A stretch of DNA of 64,000 nt from Chrysomallon squamiferum (Eukaryota; Animalia; Mollusca): contig CM022665.1 of assembly GCA_012295275.1 (NCBI GenBank), positions 20,212,001 through 20,276,000 of the forward strand, read 5' to 3'. The notes under the pieces are model-generated. The model ran no database searches. It saw only the letters and a program-made list of their open reading frames with translations, and was not told where the DNA came from. The position numbers and the translations under genes were made by a program. Positions 1 to 14,362 of this stretch are shown one piece after another. Numbering within the stretch: the stretch's first letter is position 1; every line of letters starts with the position of its first letter.

Positions 1-24
1 TGTGTGGGTATCAAAATACTCAAA

Positions 25-151
<127 letters not shown>

Positions 152-700
152 CAGATCCTTAGTGTGTGTGTGTGAGTCTGTGTACGTGTATATATATATA
201 TATATATATACACATACATACACATGTATGCCTAGTGTTTATCATATTGATATTTTTCCATCTTTTCTTATAACTGAACATTAAAGGTAATTTTACAAAA
301 ACTACGTTTCTGTGTTTTCTGTTACAAACATGACTAAAGCGTGATTTTCGAACTCTGCTGTTCACGTTAAAGTGTTTTAACAAACTGAAAAAAAAAAAAA
401 AAAGAAATAATAATAAGGAAAAAAAGAAAAGAAAACGACGAAGCAGGTGTTTGGAGACGTGAATGAAGACAGTTTTCTCTCGAGCAAGAATCGTGACATA
501 TGTGTTCAGCACATCTACATCTTAATTACATATATTTTGTCAGTGTATTGTAAAACTCATCTCTTCCTCTTTATATTTAAACTAAATGTAATATTGACCT
601 CTAACCAAAGTAGAAGTATCTAACTGGAATATTTGTTTTCAGACATAGAGACAGGTACGTGGATGTGCTCAGAGATAAATGTTTACTACAGAATAGTAGA

Positions 701-740
701 TACAGCATCAGCACTTGCCATACAGCATCAGCACTTGCCA
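701..740. repeat. Perfect 20-bp tandem duplication
   Basis: tacagcatcagcacttgcca twice. Confidence 0.95.
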
Positions 741-1241
741 TCCAGCACCTTTTTACCGTTCCAACCAATGTCAGTGAATGTACTTTCTTCTATTACGTGT
801 ATAAAACTATCTTTTGATAACACTTTGTACAGCGTTCTCTTTACAAAAGTGGAGGATTTAATAATCAATAACAGAAAATGATTCTCACTCATTAGCTGCT
901 CAAACATTAACATTAAGTCTCATACTAACAAATACACACACGCGCACTCAGACACATACATCCACACACAGAGAGGCCGGTCTATTGTAGAAGACTGTTA
1001 ATGGTTTACGTTGTAATATGACTTTGTATTTCGTAATCTCCAGGGATTCTAAATGTGTCTTTAATTGAACTCACTGACAGGTGAACTAATTAACACAGTT
1101 TCATTTCATGTTATCTGTTCTATCTATGTATGTATCTATCTATCTCTAAATATAAACAGATAGATAGATAGATGTAGATGTGTATGTATGTGTGTATGGG
1201 TATGTGTGTGTGGATGCGTGTATATCTGTATCTATCTATCT

Positions 1242-1288
<47 letters not shown>

Positions 1289-1793
1289 TAGATACAGATA
1301 TATTATTTATCGTGATCCATTTCTGGTAGAAGATTTCATTTCTCCATTTTAATTTTCCTTTTCTCTTATACAGTTCATTTTATTTTTTCTTCTTTCTTTC
1401 TTTTTTTCTTTTCATCGTATTCTCATAAGATCCCGTGATGACTACAGATCCTGGTCATTGATATGAGGTCATTTACTGTTGTAATAATTTTCAGTGAACA
1501 AAACAAATATTCCATATAATATATACAGAATGTAGGTTTCACTGTTTTCGTACTTTTTGTTTGTGCTGCAGTGTAATCAGTAACGTCACGTGAGACTAAT
1601 ATCACTTTGAGATAATTCGGAGAGTGATTTAAAAAAAAAAAAATAAAGATCTGCTAAAGTAAACTGACAAGACCTTCAATAAGAAAATCGAAGAAAGTAA
1701 ATTATATATGTTGTCGTGTGAGTAGGTACAAAATAAATTAAATTTCGATCAGTTCCTCGATTTTATTTCATATCACAAACATTCCGTCTTACA

Positions 1794-1854
<61 letters not shown>

Positions 1855-2551
1855 GTATTGTATTCCTAGGTTTTCTGATAATGTCACAAAGTACAACATA
1901 TCTACAGAAACAATCTAAGGATGGTTTAAAGTTACTATCACTCTATTTTGAGAATTCACTTTTGTTTTATAATATGTACTTGATGTCACTGTTTGTTTGT
2001 GCACTGTAAAACCGAATGATGAAAGGCTACAGCAGAATAGCTGTTAGTGTATATATCAGTTTTCAGATATTATTATTGGTATTATTATTAATTTCCCACT
2101 TCGTTGTGTTCTGTTTTATTCTGTTTATATTTTCAGTGTATCTATCTGGTGCGTTCTACTTTCATGTTGTACCATTCAATATGCTATAGTATCATCTTAA
2201 ATGTAATTTACTATATATATATCATGTTGAACTCGAATAATAAGAACAATAACACTAACAATAATAATAATAATACTAGGAATGATGATGATGATTATAA
2301 CATAAGAATTAGTACTAGGGTAGTAGTTATAGTAGTAGTAGTTGTAGTAATCATCCTAATCATAATAATGATAGCAGTAGTTATAATAAAAATAAGTGGG
2401 GTTTTATTTATTTATTTATTCATTCATTCATTCATTCATTCATTTTAAAGATGATTTTTCAAAGACAAGGTGTTTACATTCTGGATTTTTCTCGTAATCT
2501 GGAGTGACAAAATTATATCTACATTTTATTTTATAATAAATATTCGTAAAT

Positions 2552-2643
<92 letters not shown>

Positions 2644-3827
2644 ATTAATAAAAGGAAAAAAAAATAGACAAAACTGATGATAAACAAATTATTTAAGTAA
2701 CACGTCACGTTTTATAAAGGCGGGCGTCTGAAGGACACTAAGTTAGAGTTTTTTTCTCTACAGTAATCACGCCACGCAAGCTTCTATTTTCTCCGTTACA
2801 AAAATACAGTTCCACGTTTTTTTCTCTCAACTTTTCTCTATTCCGAAAGTTGCAACAACAGGAAATTCGTCTTTATTCCGAGTAATCTAATGTACGGGTC
2901 AAACACGGCTCATGGTCAAAGAAAACTAATTTGAACCCAGTAGAAGTGTTTTCCACACTCTTCACGTTTTATTGAGATATTTTAAATATCTTTATTCATT
3001 TTCTTTCTTAGTAAGTGGAAGAAATGCGAATTTCTTTCTCTTTCTTTCTCTCTCTCGAAATCTTCTGTCACTGTTCCACATTCTGTGTCCCTCTCTCTGT
3101 TTCTTTCTGTATTATTCTCTCTCTGTCTGTCTACCTGTGTGTCTGTCTGTTTATCTATATATGTGTCCTTCTTCTTTTTTTCTCTTCTACTCCGTTCCAG
3201 CTACCTATTTTTCTATCTTTTTTTTTTTTCTCTCTCTCCTTCTCTCTGTCTCGTTAACTCTTTCTCCATGTTTCTATCTATCTATCATTCTTTCTCTTTC
3301 TCTCCTTCTTTTTCTTCGATAATTACTTCATTAAAGCTGTTTTGAAGTCAGTTATTGAGTAATCCTCTTTCAGTGATCTTTTTCTCCAAGTATCTGATAA
3401 AAGCAGATGTTTTTGAGCTTTTGTCAAGTACTGGCTAATAAAAGAGCGAATGAAACAAAACAACAACAAAAAAGTCGCTTCCTTTGATAACAGAAAAAAA
3501 TATATCTCTCGGGAATTTGTGAATCTGTAAAGAACAAAGACAAAAGTCTTTAAAAAAAATTTATTATCTCATTATATGTGACAAACAAGTGAAATATTTA
3601 AGAAAATAAACTTTGTGACACGCATCATTTTAAATAGAAAAATAAAACAAAAATAACATGATTCATGAAGTCAGTATGGAATACAAATGTTGTATATTAT
3701 GTTAATGAAATATTCATTGAAAATTAATAATTGCACATTAATAGCTGACTTCTACAAACAAACAAAAATAAACTGAACTGGCAGTTGTAGTTGTGGTGAG
3801 TACTTGTAGTAGTAGTAGTAGTAGTAA

Positions 3828-3880
<53 letters not shown>

Positions 3881-4879
3881 CTAGATGCATAAGAACTAGT
3901 GGTTGTACAAAAGTAAATCGATAAAAAAAATAAAAAATCGATTATCCATACAAAGAATTAATATCATTATACATATAAAAATATATATATATTTTAAAAA
4001 AATGCAATAAATAAACACATAAATAAATAAATAAATAAATAAATAGACAGATAAATAAATAAAAAAATAATACCTTTAAACAAGAAATGATTAATATGAT
4101 TAATATTTGTCAATGAAAGTTACACAAGTTTTGTTTGAGGTCGCTCACTTGTTTGTTAAATCTCTATAATAACTTCGTGTCAACAAATTTATGTTACCGC
4201 CTTTGAATCGATTCTGTCATTTCTTTAACCAGAGGAAGAAGCTGTCTTCAAATGCATAAAATCTGGATTTTATTATTATTATTTTTTTTATTTTTTTTTA
4301 TTCTAAACATTAAAAGAACCTGAAACAAGAATTCCAAAAGAGATCAGAGAACACACATACAAGAAATAATTACAGAAAACTAAAATTAAATAAATAAACA
4401 TACAATATTCTCAGTATTGTCTGACTGGAATCCATTAGAGCTAAGACTTTAGTTACAGATTTCGTGTTTACTTCAAATCACGGGCGATCTACTGATACTT
4501 TGATTAATATCGGATCAAAGTACAAACCTTGAACGTAGACTCGTCCGTTTTGATTGAAAGCAACTTCTTTAGTTTTAAGTTAATCTTGTTTGTCAGCTGT
4601 CATCACATCTTTGTAGTTCTTGTTCACACGAAATGTCTGCTTCACACGAACGTATCCCAGAATGCATCATTTTAAAAATACGATCATAACTCGTAGGACG
4701 ACAACAGCAACCACAGCATTATTACCACCAGTAGAAGCACAATCAGATTCATCACCATTATCATCATTACTGCTTCTAACACTACTGCTAAACAACAACA
4801 GTATCTACCACTACTACCACCACTACTACTACTATTACAACTCCAGCTGCTGCTGCTGCTGTTGCTGTTGCTGCTGCTG

Positions 4880-4915
<36 letters not shown>

Positions 4916-5014
4916 TTACTATTACTACTACGTAATAATAATAATATGACTGAATATATGATATTAGTTTTAAATGTACGTAATTTAGAAACATACAAAT
5001 GCAGTTATATATTT

Positions 5015-5052
<38 letters not shown>

Positions 5053-6054
5053 AAGAGATTACTCTTTCTACGGACCCTTGGATCTGTGAATGCCACATTA
5101 CTTTCAGACCAGTGATTACACATATTTTCGGAAATATTTAGGAAATACACATATTTTCGGACAATACATATTTACAATCAGAAATATAAAAATATTAAAT
5201 CCTTGGCATAGCCACAAGCTGAAATGTTTTGTTTTCAATCTGCGAAAATTCATTCGATTTTTATTAACAACGGAAATTGCTTAAAGCGTTCTTTACTGAA
5301 GGTTTGAACTGGCAACCCATGGCGCCTCGAGGGCTGCACGTCTACCACCGAGTTACTTCTTAGCAGAGAAGAAAATTAGCTTTCATACAGCGGAAATTAA
5401 ATTAAATCTTGCAAAGCGGAAATCAATGTCTTTGTTATAATTTCTCTTTGTTACATTAGTTCCTTTGACAAGACGAGAGAAGAGCTGGACAGATTTAAAA
5501 AAAAAAAAAAAAAAAAAAAAATCAGTGAGAAACTGATCACAACTTATGTAGACAAAGTTCAAATACATCAAGAAAATATTGCATGATTAGACATATCTAA
5601 CATTGTATCTTTCATCTTACAAGATTTCCTTTTTCTTCCTGTTCTTATTGTTTTGTTTGTTTGTTTGTTGTTGTTTTGTTTTGTTGCTGTTGTTGTGGGG
5701 TTTTTTGTTTTTTGTTTTTTGGGGGAGTTGTTTATTTTTTATTGTTTTTGTGTTGTTGTTTTTTGTTGTTGTTTTTTTGGTACGGGTTTTATGTTGTTTG
5801 TTTTTGTTGTCTTTTGATTTGTTTTTTAGTTGTTGTTTTTTTTCTTTCAAACAAAGAAATAGTTGACATTTTATTTCACAGAAAAAGAGCTTTTTTTTTT
5901 CTTTTTTTTAAATCATTTATTAATTTTTAAACGAAAAAAGAAAATTAAAATTACTGATCGTGAATAGATACGATCTATTTGAACCAGTCTCTATTAAAAA
6001 CCAAATTTGTACAAAGCACATCAGTATAAAATAACACTGTAGCTCTCAGACACG

Positions 6055-6088
<34 letters not shown>

Positions 6089-6438
6089 TTCAAATACAAA
6101 AAGGCTAAATTAATAATAATAAAAGTTAAGCAAAAGATAAAATATATTAATAATATAGAAAAGTGTAGTAAAAACGTTTAATCCTGCAATTAACTCACAG
6201 TTTTGAAAGATACGTTTATTATTTTTAATACATTTAGTCCACATTTCGGACGGAATAAGTTTATAAATTATTATTATTATTATTATTATTATTTTCTTAT
6301 TTACCGGTTTTTCTTTTCAAAAAAAAACAACAACAATAATAATAATAATTAGAAATTATAATAATAGTAGTAGTAGTAATAGTAGTAGTAGTAGTAGTAG
6401 TAGTAGTTATTGTTGTTGCTGTTGTTGTTGTTGTAGTG

Positions 6439-6474
<36 letters not shown>

Positions 6475-7129
6475 TTTTGTTACAATGTATTTTATCGTTT
6501 ATTAAAAGTGAGAAAATACGCACACAACACTGATCAAAAATATATTTAAAAAAAATCTCCTTCACAAAGTAGTATATGAAACATTTATAGTGTTGCTGTT
6601 AAATGGCAAAAATATGTTTATTTTCAAAAAGTTATGTCTGTTATTAATTACTATATGTAAGGAGTAGGTCAAACCTTAAACTTCCATGCATGTGGATTTT
6701 AATTTTGTAATTATATATCTGTAATGCATTGTTCTCTGTAATTCTACGGTTTATGGGAATAAACTGATTGTCTTTGCCATTGCTTTTTGCAGTTCACCAA
6801 ACAGTCGTGTTTACGTGATACGATTATTACTAATCAGTAAATGATAATAGACTCCTCGCTAGGCCAGATTTACTTGTATTACACACTGATCATATCTCAC
6901 AGTGTAAGATAATATTGTATAAAACAAGACGTCTCAGTGGTTGTTGTTCGTTGTGAGGGTACTGAGTTCAAGTTCCAGTTACGGTTGGTGTCAGTTTAGT
7001 GTCATATCACTAAATATTGTGTAATACAAGAACACTAATTTGTCAGCGTGACCAGATCAAGCGTGCTTTAAACCTTCAGCAATTGCCAGCAAGTGTTGAT
7101 TGATAAACCTTGTTAACAGCGTCACTATC

Positions 7130-7525
7130 CAGCTCGTTAACGTCAGAATCACTGTCGTTTAACGTCATTATCAAGATGGTTTTACGTCAGTATCGTTTAA
7201 GGTTAATAACGAGACCTTTTAACGTCAGTGTCAATATAGTTTAACGCCAGTATAAAGATAGTTTAACATCAGTATCACTATAGTTTAATGTCAGTATAAA
7301 GATATGTTAACATCAGTATCAAGACAGTATAAAGATCATTTAACATCTAAGTCGTTAACGTCAGTATCACTTAATCTCATTATCAATATAATTTAATATC
7401 AGTATCAAAATACCTTAAGCTCAGTATCAAGATCATTTAAAGTCAGTATCAAGATACTTTAATCTGAAGATAATTTAAAGTTAGTATCAAGATCATTTAT
7501 CGTCGATATAAAGACTGTTTAACGT
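7130..7525. repeat. Degenerate 22-bp minisatellite (gtttaacgtcagtatcaagata)
   Basis: Units visible starting at 7239, 7261 and 7283, continuing on both sides. Confidence 0.85.
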
Positions 7526-8131
7526 TGTTTAAGAATTATGTCAAGGTCAATAGTGAAAATGTCAAAGTCGTTTAACAACAATAGAGTTAGGTCAAGGTCA
7601 TTTAGGAATTATTAAGGCTAATGGCAAGCTCCCAATACTGAACGTGTGAAGGTCATTTAACAGACAATAAGAATATCTAAATGTCAATTAACAGACAACG
7701 TGTTAGGAAAGGGATTAAAAAGAAATAATACGTATTTAACAAGCAATCAATGAAATCAGATTGTAAAAATATTGTCAGGCTGCAGACTACTCGGGAGGTT
7801 TATCCTTTGTCTGCAGCCGTCAAAGCATCACTTAGTTAATGTATCTGTCAGCTCATACAGTAGGAACTCAAACTACGTCACAACAACATTCGATGTCAGA
7901 CAGTACTGAGGTTACAGCGTTTTTCGTGTCTGTGTCATATACATAAATAATATTTTAAATTAAAAATAACGACAAACTCGGTAGGTAGGAAAACTGAGAT
8001 AAAGAAAAATAACAAAATTGTCCCTGAGTTTCATGTCAAAATCTTTGAATCACTTACCCGTTTAACAGCCATAATATATAACTGATATGATATGTTTAAT
8101 ATAAATCATTACTTTTATGATGTCATTAATT

Positions 8132-9241
8132 TTATGACATGGTTAATTCATCCAGCTCCAAGACTTGAGACTCGGATGGAGATTTTTTCAAAGTTCTTGT
8201 CATGATTTTACACTGCTTGAGAATTCGCATGACGATGTTTTTAATTTCGACTCTGAACTTTTTGTAAATGAACGAATAGATGAGAACGTTGATGAAGCTG
8301 TTGCTGTTCGCCATCCACACAAATGCAAATTCGGCGATGGGAGGAGCGTGCACGTGACTGTCAAATGAATAGATAACGACGTTGGTCACGTACGGACCCC
8401 AAGACAGAAAAAACGCCGACGCTGTTGTTATTAAGATCCTGACAGATTTTAAATCTCGAATTCGTTTTCTAGATTTAATGAAATCCTGTCTGCAGGACAC
8501 TAACATGTGGTTTTCTCTGCGCACTGTGATGCTAATTCTGATGGTAGTGAAGAGAATCACGGAGCCCGAGGCTATGGGGATCCCGGCCGCAGTGGCGATA
8601 CAAAACACCGGATACTCCCAGTACAAGCCACACAACATCTCCACTCGACTGAAGCGGTAGTAGATGAAGTCGCTACGTGTTGGAATCGGCACCATGAACG
8701 TTACGGCCGCCAGGACCCAGGCTGTAACGAAAACGAAGTAGATCTTGCGTGACGTGATCATGGCGGGGTATTTGAACGGTTTCACCAGTGCCATGTACCT
8801 GTCAACGCTGATTATAGCCAACGTCCATATTGACACCGTGACCGACGTTCCGTGCACGACGCCGGACACCTGACACCAGACGTCGCCGTACGGCCACGTA
8901 TCCAAGATGGCTGGAACGAAAGAAGGAGCACAGGTGATCAAACCAACAGCAATATCAGCTACTCCGAGGTTTATCATACACATCCGCGCTATTGTAGGAA
9001 GGCCCTTGATTCTTCGTAAAATTGTTATGTTTAAAATATTTGATACAATTATCAATACACTGATGACCAGGATGAGTGACGATCTCAACCAGGTTGGAAC
9101 GGGATTTACTTCCTGACGAAAGACTAAATGTAAGGACAGGTCCTCCATCCTGATCCTGTCTGAGTTAATCAAGCTTAGTGATCGACTGTGATTTGTCAAC
9201 AGTTGACATCTGTCTGTACTCGATTCCTTCACTCTCTCCAT
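8132..9241 (-). CDS. Intronless class A (rhodopsin-family) GPCR, orphan GPR21/GPR52-like, 369 aa
   Basis: Seven hydrophobic segments. TM1 SN, TM2 LGVAD, ECL1 WPYG followed by the TM3 Cys, TM3 ISVDRY, TM4 Trp, ECL2 Cys, TM6 SWGPY, TM7 WMANSNSFINVLIY, helix 8 KKFR. The exact start Met is uncertain. Confidence 0.95.
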   Translation of the reverse strand: MERVKESSTDRCQLLTNHSRSLSLINSDRIRMEDLSLHLVFRQEVNPVPTWLRSSLILVISVLIIVSNILNITILRRIKGLPTIARMCMINLGVADIAVGLITCAPSFVPAILDTWPYGDVWCQVSGVVHGTSVTVSIWTLAIISVDRYMALVKPFKYPAMITSRKIYFVFVTAWVLAAVTFMVPIPTRSDFIYYRFSRVEMLCGLYWEYPVFCIATAAGIPIASGSVILFTTIRISITVRRENHMLVSCRQDFIKSRKRIRDLKSVRILITTASAFFLSWGPYVTNVVIYSFDSHVHAPPIAEFAFVWMANSNSFINVLIYSFIYKKFRVEIKNIVMRILKQCKIMTRTLKKSPSESQVLELDELTMS

Positions 9242-10199
9242 CAGAAAACATCTCCTACTTCAAATCAATACACTGCGTATTACAACAAACACGTTACATT
9301 CCTCACACCGTGCTGTCTGGACATGCCAAAAGCTTTAGTTAAGTTTTATAATTATTTCTCTAATTGCAGAAAAAGACACGACACTCATAAAACGTATTAT
9401 CTGCTTCAACAGTTCTGTAGTGAAAACAGGTTTTAACGATTGGCCAGTTTGCGTTCACTCCGGTGTAAGCGTAGAAAATAGCCAATGATGTTTCGCTACA
9501 TCTAGTAACGTCAGCGCGAGTATATTGTATTGAGTGACATTGGGAAATGTCTTCATCTAATTATCATACGTGAGATCAAGAAGTCACCGGGTGATATATA
9601 TTAGCTGTGTCAATGCAGTGTGAGTAACTGTCAAATCAAAGTAACACTCATTAGTAAGACGTACTTGTATGTGTGTTCTGCGTGTGTGCAGAGCTCAACT
9701 GCAAAAAGGTTTAGATCCGTATTTTAACTGGACTGTAAGCCCTTTTGCAAATAACATCTTCATCTATCTATCTATCCATCTATCTAACTATATCACTAAG
9801 TATTTAGTATGGTTTGTTTCATTTTCTGTTATTTGTGGAGACGTTTGTATAATTTTGTTGTTGATATTTGTTTGTTTTGTTTTTGTTTTTGTTTTTTTGT
9901 TTTGTTTTTTTTATTGTTGTTTTCTTTTTTGCTTTTTCTTCTTTGGGGTTTGGATGTTGTTTGTTTTTGTTTTTTTGTTATTTTCCTGTGGTATTTTTTT
10001 GTTAAACTAGATTGAAGTATTGGGTGACATTTAAATGTTCCTTAATGACTAAATTAATTATCTAAGTGTTGATTACACCTGTTTAATTAAAATATGTACC
10101 TATACAGCAATGTTCATCAGTCTACAAGTTCCCTGGCTGACTTCACATGTACACGGAGACACAAACACACACACACATACACACATATATATATATATA

Positions 10200-10241
<42 letters not shown>

Positions 10242-11029
10242 AACAGCTAAGCGTTTGTTCGTGGCTGGAAAAGTGTATGGGTAGACGGGCATACGGATCG
10301 TAGATGGACATACAAAGATACATAAATATGGATATAACACATTGATTAGTTTGTACTGTATTTACTAATATCCTCATTTCACATAAATACATTCATTTCA
10401 CGTCAATACCTCCACGTGACATAAATGTTCATTTCACATAAATATATATTCTTTGTATCGTCTTCACTCATTTGATTTTAAAAGATCAATTTCTTTCCCA
10501 CGCGATCTCATGCTAGGACTTTTGTGAAAAGAAGACAAATTATTAGCTAACACCGATACGTCTATCAACGGCTTGTACAGTTCTCAGAAAACAATTTGAA
10601 GAGAACATAAAAATCTGAGACTTCCAATCTCCCAGGTGACATTTTATACACGTATTTGTACAAGACTATTAACCATATCACGTGAACGATGGAGTCTTGT
10701 AACCTTGGAAAAAAAAAATCTATATGAGAACTTAATTCAATTTGCGAAGAAACCTTTAGTGAACAGACTGGAGAGGAACTTTAGTCGACATTATTTTTTT
10801 AAGCGGTTTTATTTGACGCTACAGTAAGCTATAAATAGCCAGTTTTAACGGTGCTCATTAACGGTACATTTCATTTCAGATATTTCACTGATTGTGTGAT
10901 TATTTCAATCGTGAACGACCTAGTTCTCTGAACTGCACAGCTATACATTCATTTTAAATCTATAAATTTCGTTATCACTGAGAAACAAAAATGTATTTAG
11001 TTCCAAATTTATAAAGATCATCATTTTAT

Positions 11030-11181
11030 ATGATAATGACGTCAGAGGAAATTTTTTAAATAATGACGTCATAAATAAAGGTCGTTGCATTATATTATGA
11101 CGTCAGAGAATAATGGTCATCACTGTGTATAATAATGACGTCAAAGAATGAAGGTCTTTGCCGTGTATGATAATGACGTCA
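11030..11181. promoter_or_regulatory. Degenerate 27-38-bp repeat carrying five perfect CRE palindromes (TGACGTCA)
   Basis: TGACGTCA at 11037, 11064, 11098, 11136 and 11174. Function untested. Confidence 0.55.
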
Positions 11182-11654
11182 TCTAACTTGTAAAAATGAG
11201 ATAATATGAAAGTAAAACTCAATATGGTTTAACTTGTCAGCACATGGTGCTAAATTTATTTTCTTTATCTCTTGTTGAAGTTTCTATGTGGAAGTTCTAA
11301 GGAAAAAGACTAAATACATTTTGTATATCTAACAATCTAAAAATTTCTTTTTATCTACAAACCATTTTTTAGTAATAATAACATATAACAACACTATAAC
11401 AAGATCAGCTTCAGAAATGACTATCAGCCATTTTCTCTTAATGGTACTAGCGCCTCACGTCACTGAAATCAATACGTACTATAAGATTATAATGCACAAA
11501 TGTTTTACAGGAAATGGTTACAGAGTCGATTTCAGTTGTATAAAAAGTTTACAAAAAAAGTTTACAAAAAAGTCTCAAGTAAAAAAGTACTGAAAACAAT
11601 TATATTACAGGGAAAAGTTAATGTTATGCAGCAAATAACGTCTACTTGGATTAA

Positions 11655-11900
11655 ACGTTTATAAATATTTCAGTTAGACAAGACATTTATAAATATTTTG
11701 CAGTTAGACAAGACATTCATAAGTATTTCGTAATTATAATAAGACACTTATAAATATTTCGACACTTATAAAGACATGACCTTTATAAATATTTTGCAGA
11801 CAAGACATTTATTTATATTTCGCAATTAGATAAGATATTTATAAATATTTCGCAGTTGGGCAAGACATTTATAAACAGTTCATAGTTAATCAAGAGTTTA
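11655..11900. repeat. Degenerate minisatellite of about 31 bp (tttataaatattttgcagttagacaagaca)
   Basis: About eight diverged tandem units. Confidence 0.8.
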
Positions 11901-12214
11901 CAAAATTATATTTAAATTTTCTTGTTAATTCGGTTTATAAGATATTTTTAAAAAAATGTATTATATCAACATCTTACAGTATAAAAAATGTTTATAAATC
12001 TATGTAATTAGTCATCACATTTTTATAAATAGAGATCATGAAAGATAATAATAAACATTGTGTGTCGTAAGTGATATTTATACATAACGACATGACACTT
12101 TAACATTTCTCAGTTAGATGATAGTTCTATAATCGGTCTCACCAATAATGATAATATTAATAATAATTAAATAATAATAATAATAATAATAACAATAACT
12201 ACAATAATAATAAC

Positions 12215-12258
<44 letters not shown>

Positions 12259-12307
12259 CAACAACAATAATAAATAGCAAATCGTATAAAAACGAGCAGA
12301 TCACAGA

Positions 12308-13234
12308 TTATTTTTTAGAAACATCTTTACGTCCAATAACGGGCAGTTTGACCCCACCCTGACTCACCTTGATTGGCGGTGGGGGTGGGGCCGGCGTGGG
12401 CATGAGCCCGAGTATCTCTGTGTCGTGCTGGACTGAGAGCGGGCCACTGTCACTGAGATGTTTTTTGACTGTGCGGTATCCTTTCCTCGTCTTGTTACAG
12501 CAGAAACTGAACACGGGTCTTTTTATAGGCGGACACTGATTTTTATCTCGACTTGCAGTTTTCTCTTTGACTCTTTCGCCTTTGTCCGACACTTTCTGTG
12601 ACGTGGCTGTCGGCGAAGGGAGCTTATTGCCCTGAGTGACGTCATAATTGGGCCGTTCAGCAGGAGCGCTGGAGACTTTGACCTCCTGGGACAGACTGAG
12701 ACCTTTGAAGAGGATTTTCCGCGACTGGATGAGAGGTTTCTGTAACGCCAGAGTCGTGTTGGTTGCCCACGCACTGAGAATCGCCTGCTCGCCGGGAGTC
12801 GAGAACGTTTTCGACCACAGCAGCTTTGTCCTCCGAAAATCCGACTTCCTGCGATACTTCCCGAGAATTTCCTCCACCGGCTGAGCGCACAGCGACTTCA
12901 GCCAGAACGAGTTCGTCATCGCCTCCTCGTCACTCCTCGCCGCCCGGTCCACGAAGTAATACTCCACGTTTCTCTGCGCGGAGCCTCGACTCTCGCGAGA
13001 CCTGCGTCTTCCCAACCCTGACGTCCTCACAATGAACGACTTGGTGTCGAGCAGAGTAGCACCACGTGATCCTTTCTTCCTCTTCGTCAGTTCGTCTGAT
13101 CGGTTTACGTTTGACGGCGTGGATACGGGACAGCGGTACACGGCCTGGGGGGTCGGGGAGTGAGGCAGAAGTGAAACGAGTTCTTCGTAACCACCGCAGC
13201 TGTTAGTTAGAGGGTCTTCATTTTCTGTAGCCAT
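12308..13234 (-). CDS. Uncharacterised basic, Ser/Arg/Lys/Pro-rich protein, about 308 aa, single coding exon
   Basis: GC-elevated open frame of over 900 bp. A splice acceptor (tatttcttcag, AG at 13237-13236) sits directly before G-ATG-GCT (MATENEDP...). The upstream part of the tracked ORF is (GT)n intron. No domain recognised. Confidence 0.8.
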   Translation of the reverse strand: MATENEDPLTNSCGGYEELVSLLPHSPTPQAVYRCPVSTPSNVNRSDELTKRKKGSRGATLLDTKSFIVRTSGLGRRRSRESRGSAQRNVEYYFVDRAARSDEEAMTNSFWLKSLCAQPVEEILGKYRRKSDFRRTKLLWSKTFSTPGEQAILSAWATNTTLALQKPLIQSRKILFKGLSLSQEVKVSSAPAERPNYDVTQGNKLPSPTATSQKVSDKGERVKEKTASRDKNQCPPIKRPVFSFCCNKTRKGYRTVKKHLSDSGPLSVQHDTEILGLMPTPAPPPPPIKVSQGGVKLPVIGRKDVSKK

Positions 13235-14132
13235 CCTGAAGAAATAAATAACATAATCGATATAGAAACCCTTGTATAACACACACACACACACACACAC
13301 ACACAAATAGATAGATAGATATACACAGACAGACAGACAGACAGATAGATAGATATGAATATATATTATGTGTATTTGTATATATTATTATCTATTTTAA
13401 GAAATTCCTTTGTAAAATACTTATGCTGTGTGTAGAAGTTTAGCCATATTTCTATATTAATCAAAATTCAAAGACGAGTAGTAGTAATAGTAGTAGTAAT
13501 AATAATTAATTAAATAAGTAAATAAATAATCGGGAGGCAATAATAATTACATACCAACGTAAATACGTTAGTATAAGAAGTAATTTAATATAAGATCTGG
13601 AAATGCAAAGGCAAAAAGATTTGAAACAGGAGTTCTTATAAGACGGGTACAGGCTAGTCCGTATATAACCTAATCCTGCCTGTAATCGTAAAGAAAATAC
13701 AACACCCTCTAGATCCGCACCTGTTCGGTGTTAATAGCTTGTTTTGTTGGAAGTTTAATGTAACCCTTGTTCTGTTTATTTCTTTTAACCTTGACGTGTC
13801 ACGTGATCCAATCAGTGACACGGTGGGGATTTCACGATTAATTATGTTATTATTTTCACGCAAACATGTCGGCTCTGAAAACACGACGTCATTCGTCTTG
13901 TGTTAAACTGATTGATAAAGGTGAATAAAAATTTCATGAAACAAGATATTCTGCGCTTAATCTAATCACGAGTTGTCGCCAGTCAGTTTTCTCCAGTCTC
14001 ACAATTTTTCTTAATTAAACTGTGTTCTGGGAATAGAAACAACTAAAAAATATATATAAAAAACAATAACAATACTTAACCAATCCATGGAATACTGTTA
14101 TTAGTATTAGTTTGATTATTAATTTTATTAAT

Positions 14133-14294
14133 GTTGTTGTTGTTGTTATTGGGTCTGGGAATATTAGAAAAGTACCTTATTATTAAACCATGAATTATTA
14201 TTATTTATTATTATTATTATTATTACTATTATTGTTGTTGTTGTTGTTATTGGGTCTGGGAATATTAGAAAAGTACCTCATTATTAAACCATGA

Positions 14295-14300
<6 letters not shown>
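14133..14300. repeat. Near-perfect local duplication of about 75 bp flanked by trinucleotide repeats
   Basis: ttgggtctgggaatattagaaaagtacctyattattaaaccatgaattatt occurs twice. Confidence 0.9.

Positions 14301-14362
<62 letters not shown>

Noticed and set aside
8165-9116. Antisense ORFs over the first GPCR (likewise over 12.5-13.0, 18.8-19.9, 47.9-48.3 and 58.6-59.0 kb)
   Set aside because: Shadow frames of GC-richer true coding sequence.
8132-9241. Opsin or biogenic amine receptor assignment
   Set aside because: No Lys at 7.43 and no Asp at 3.32.
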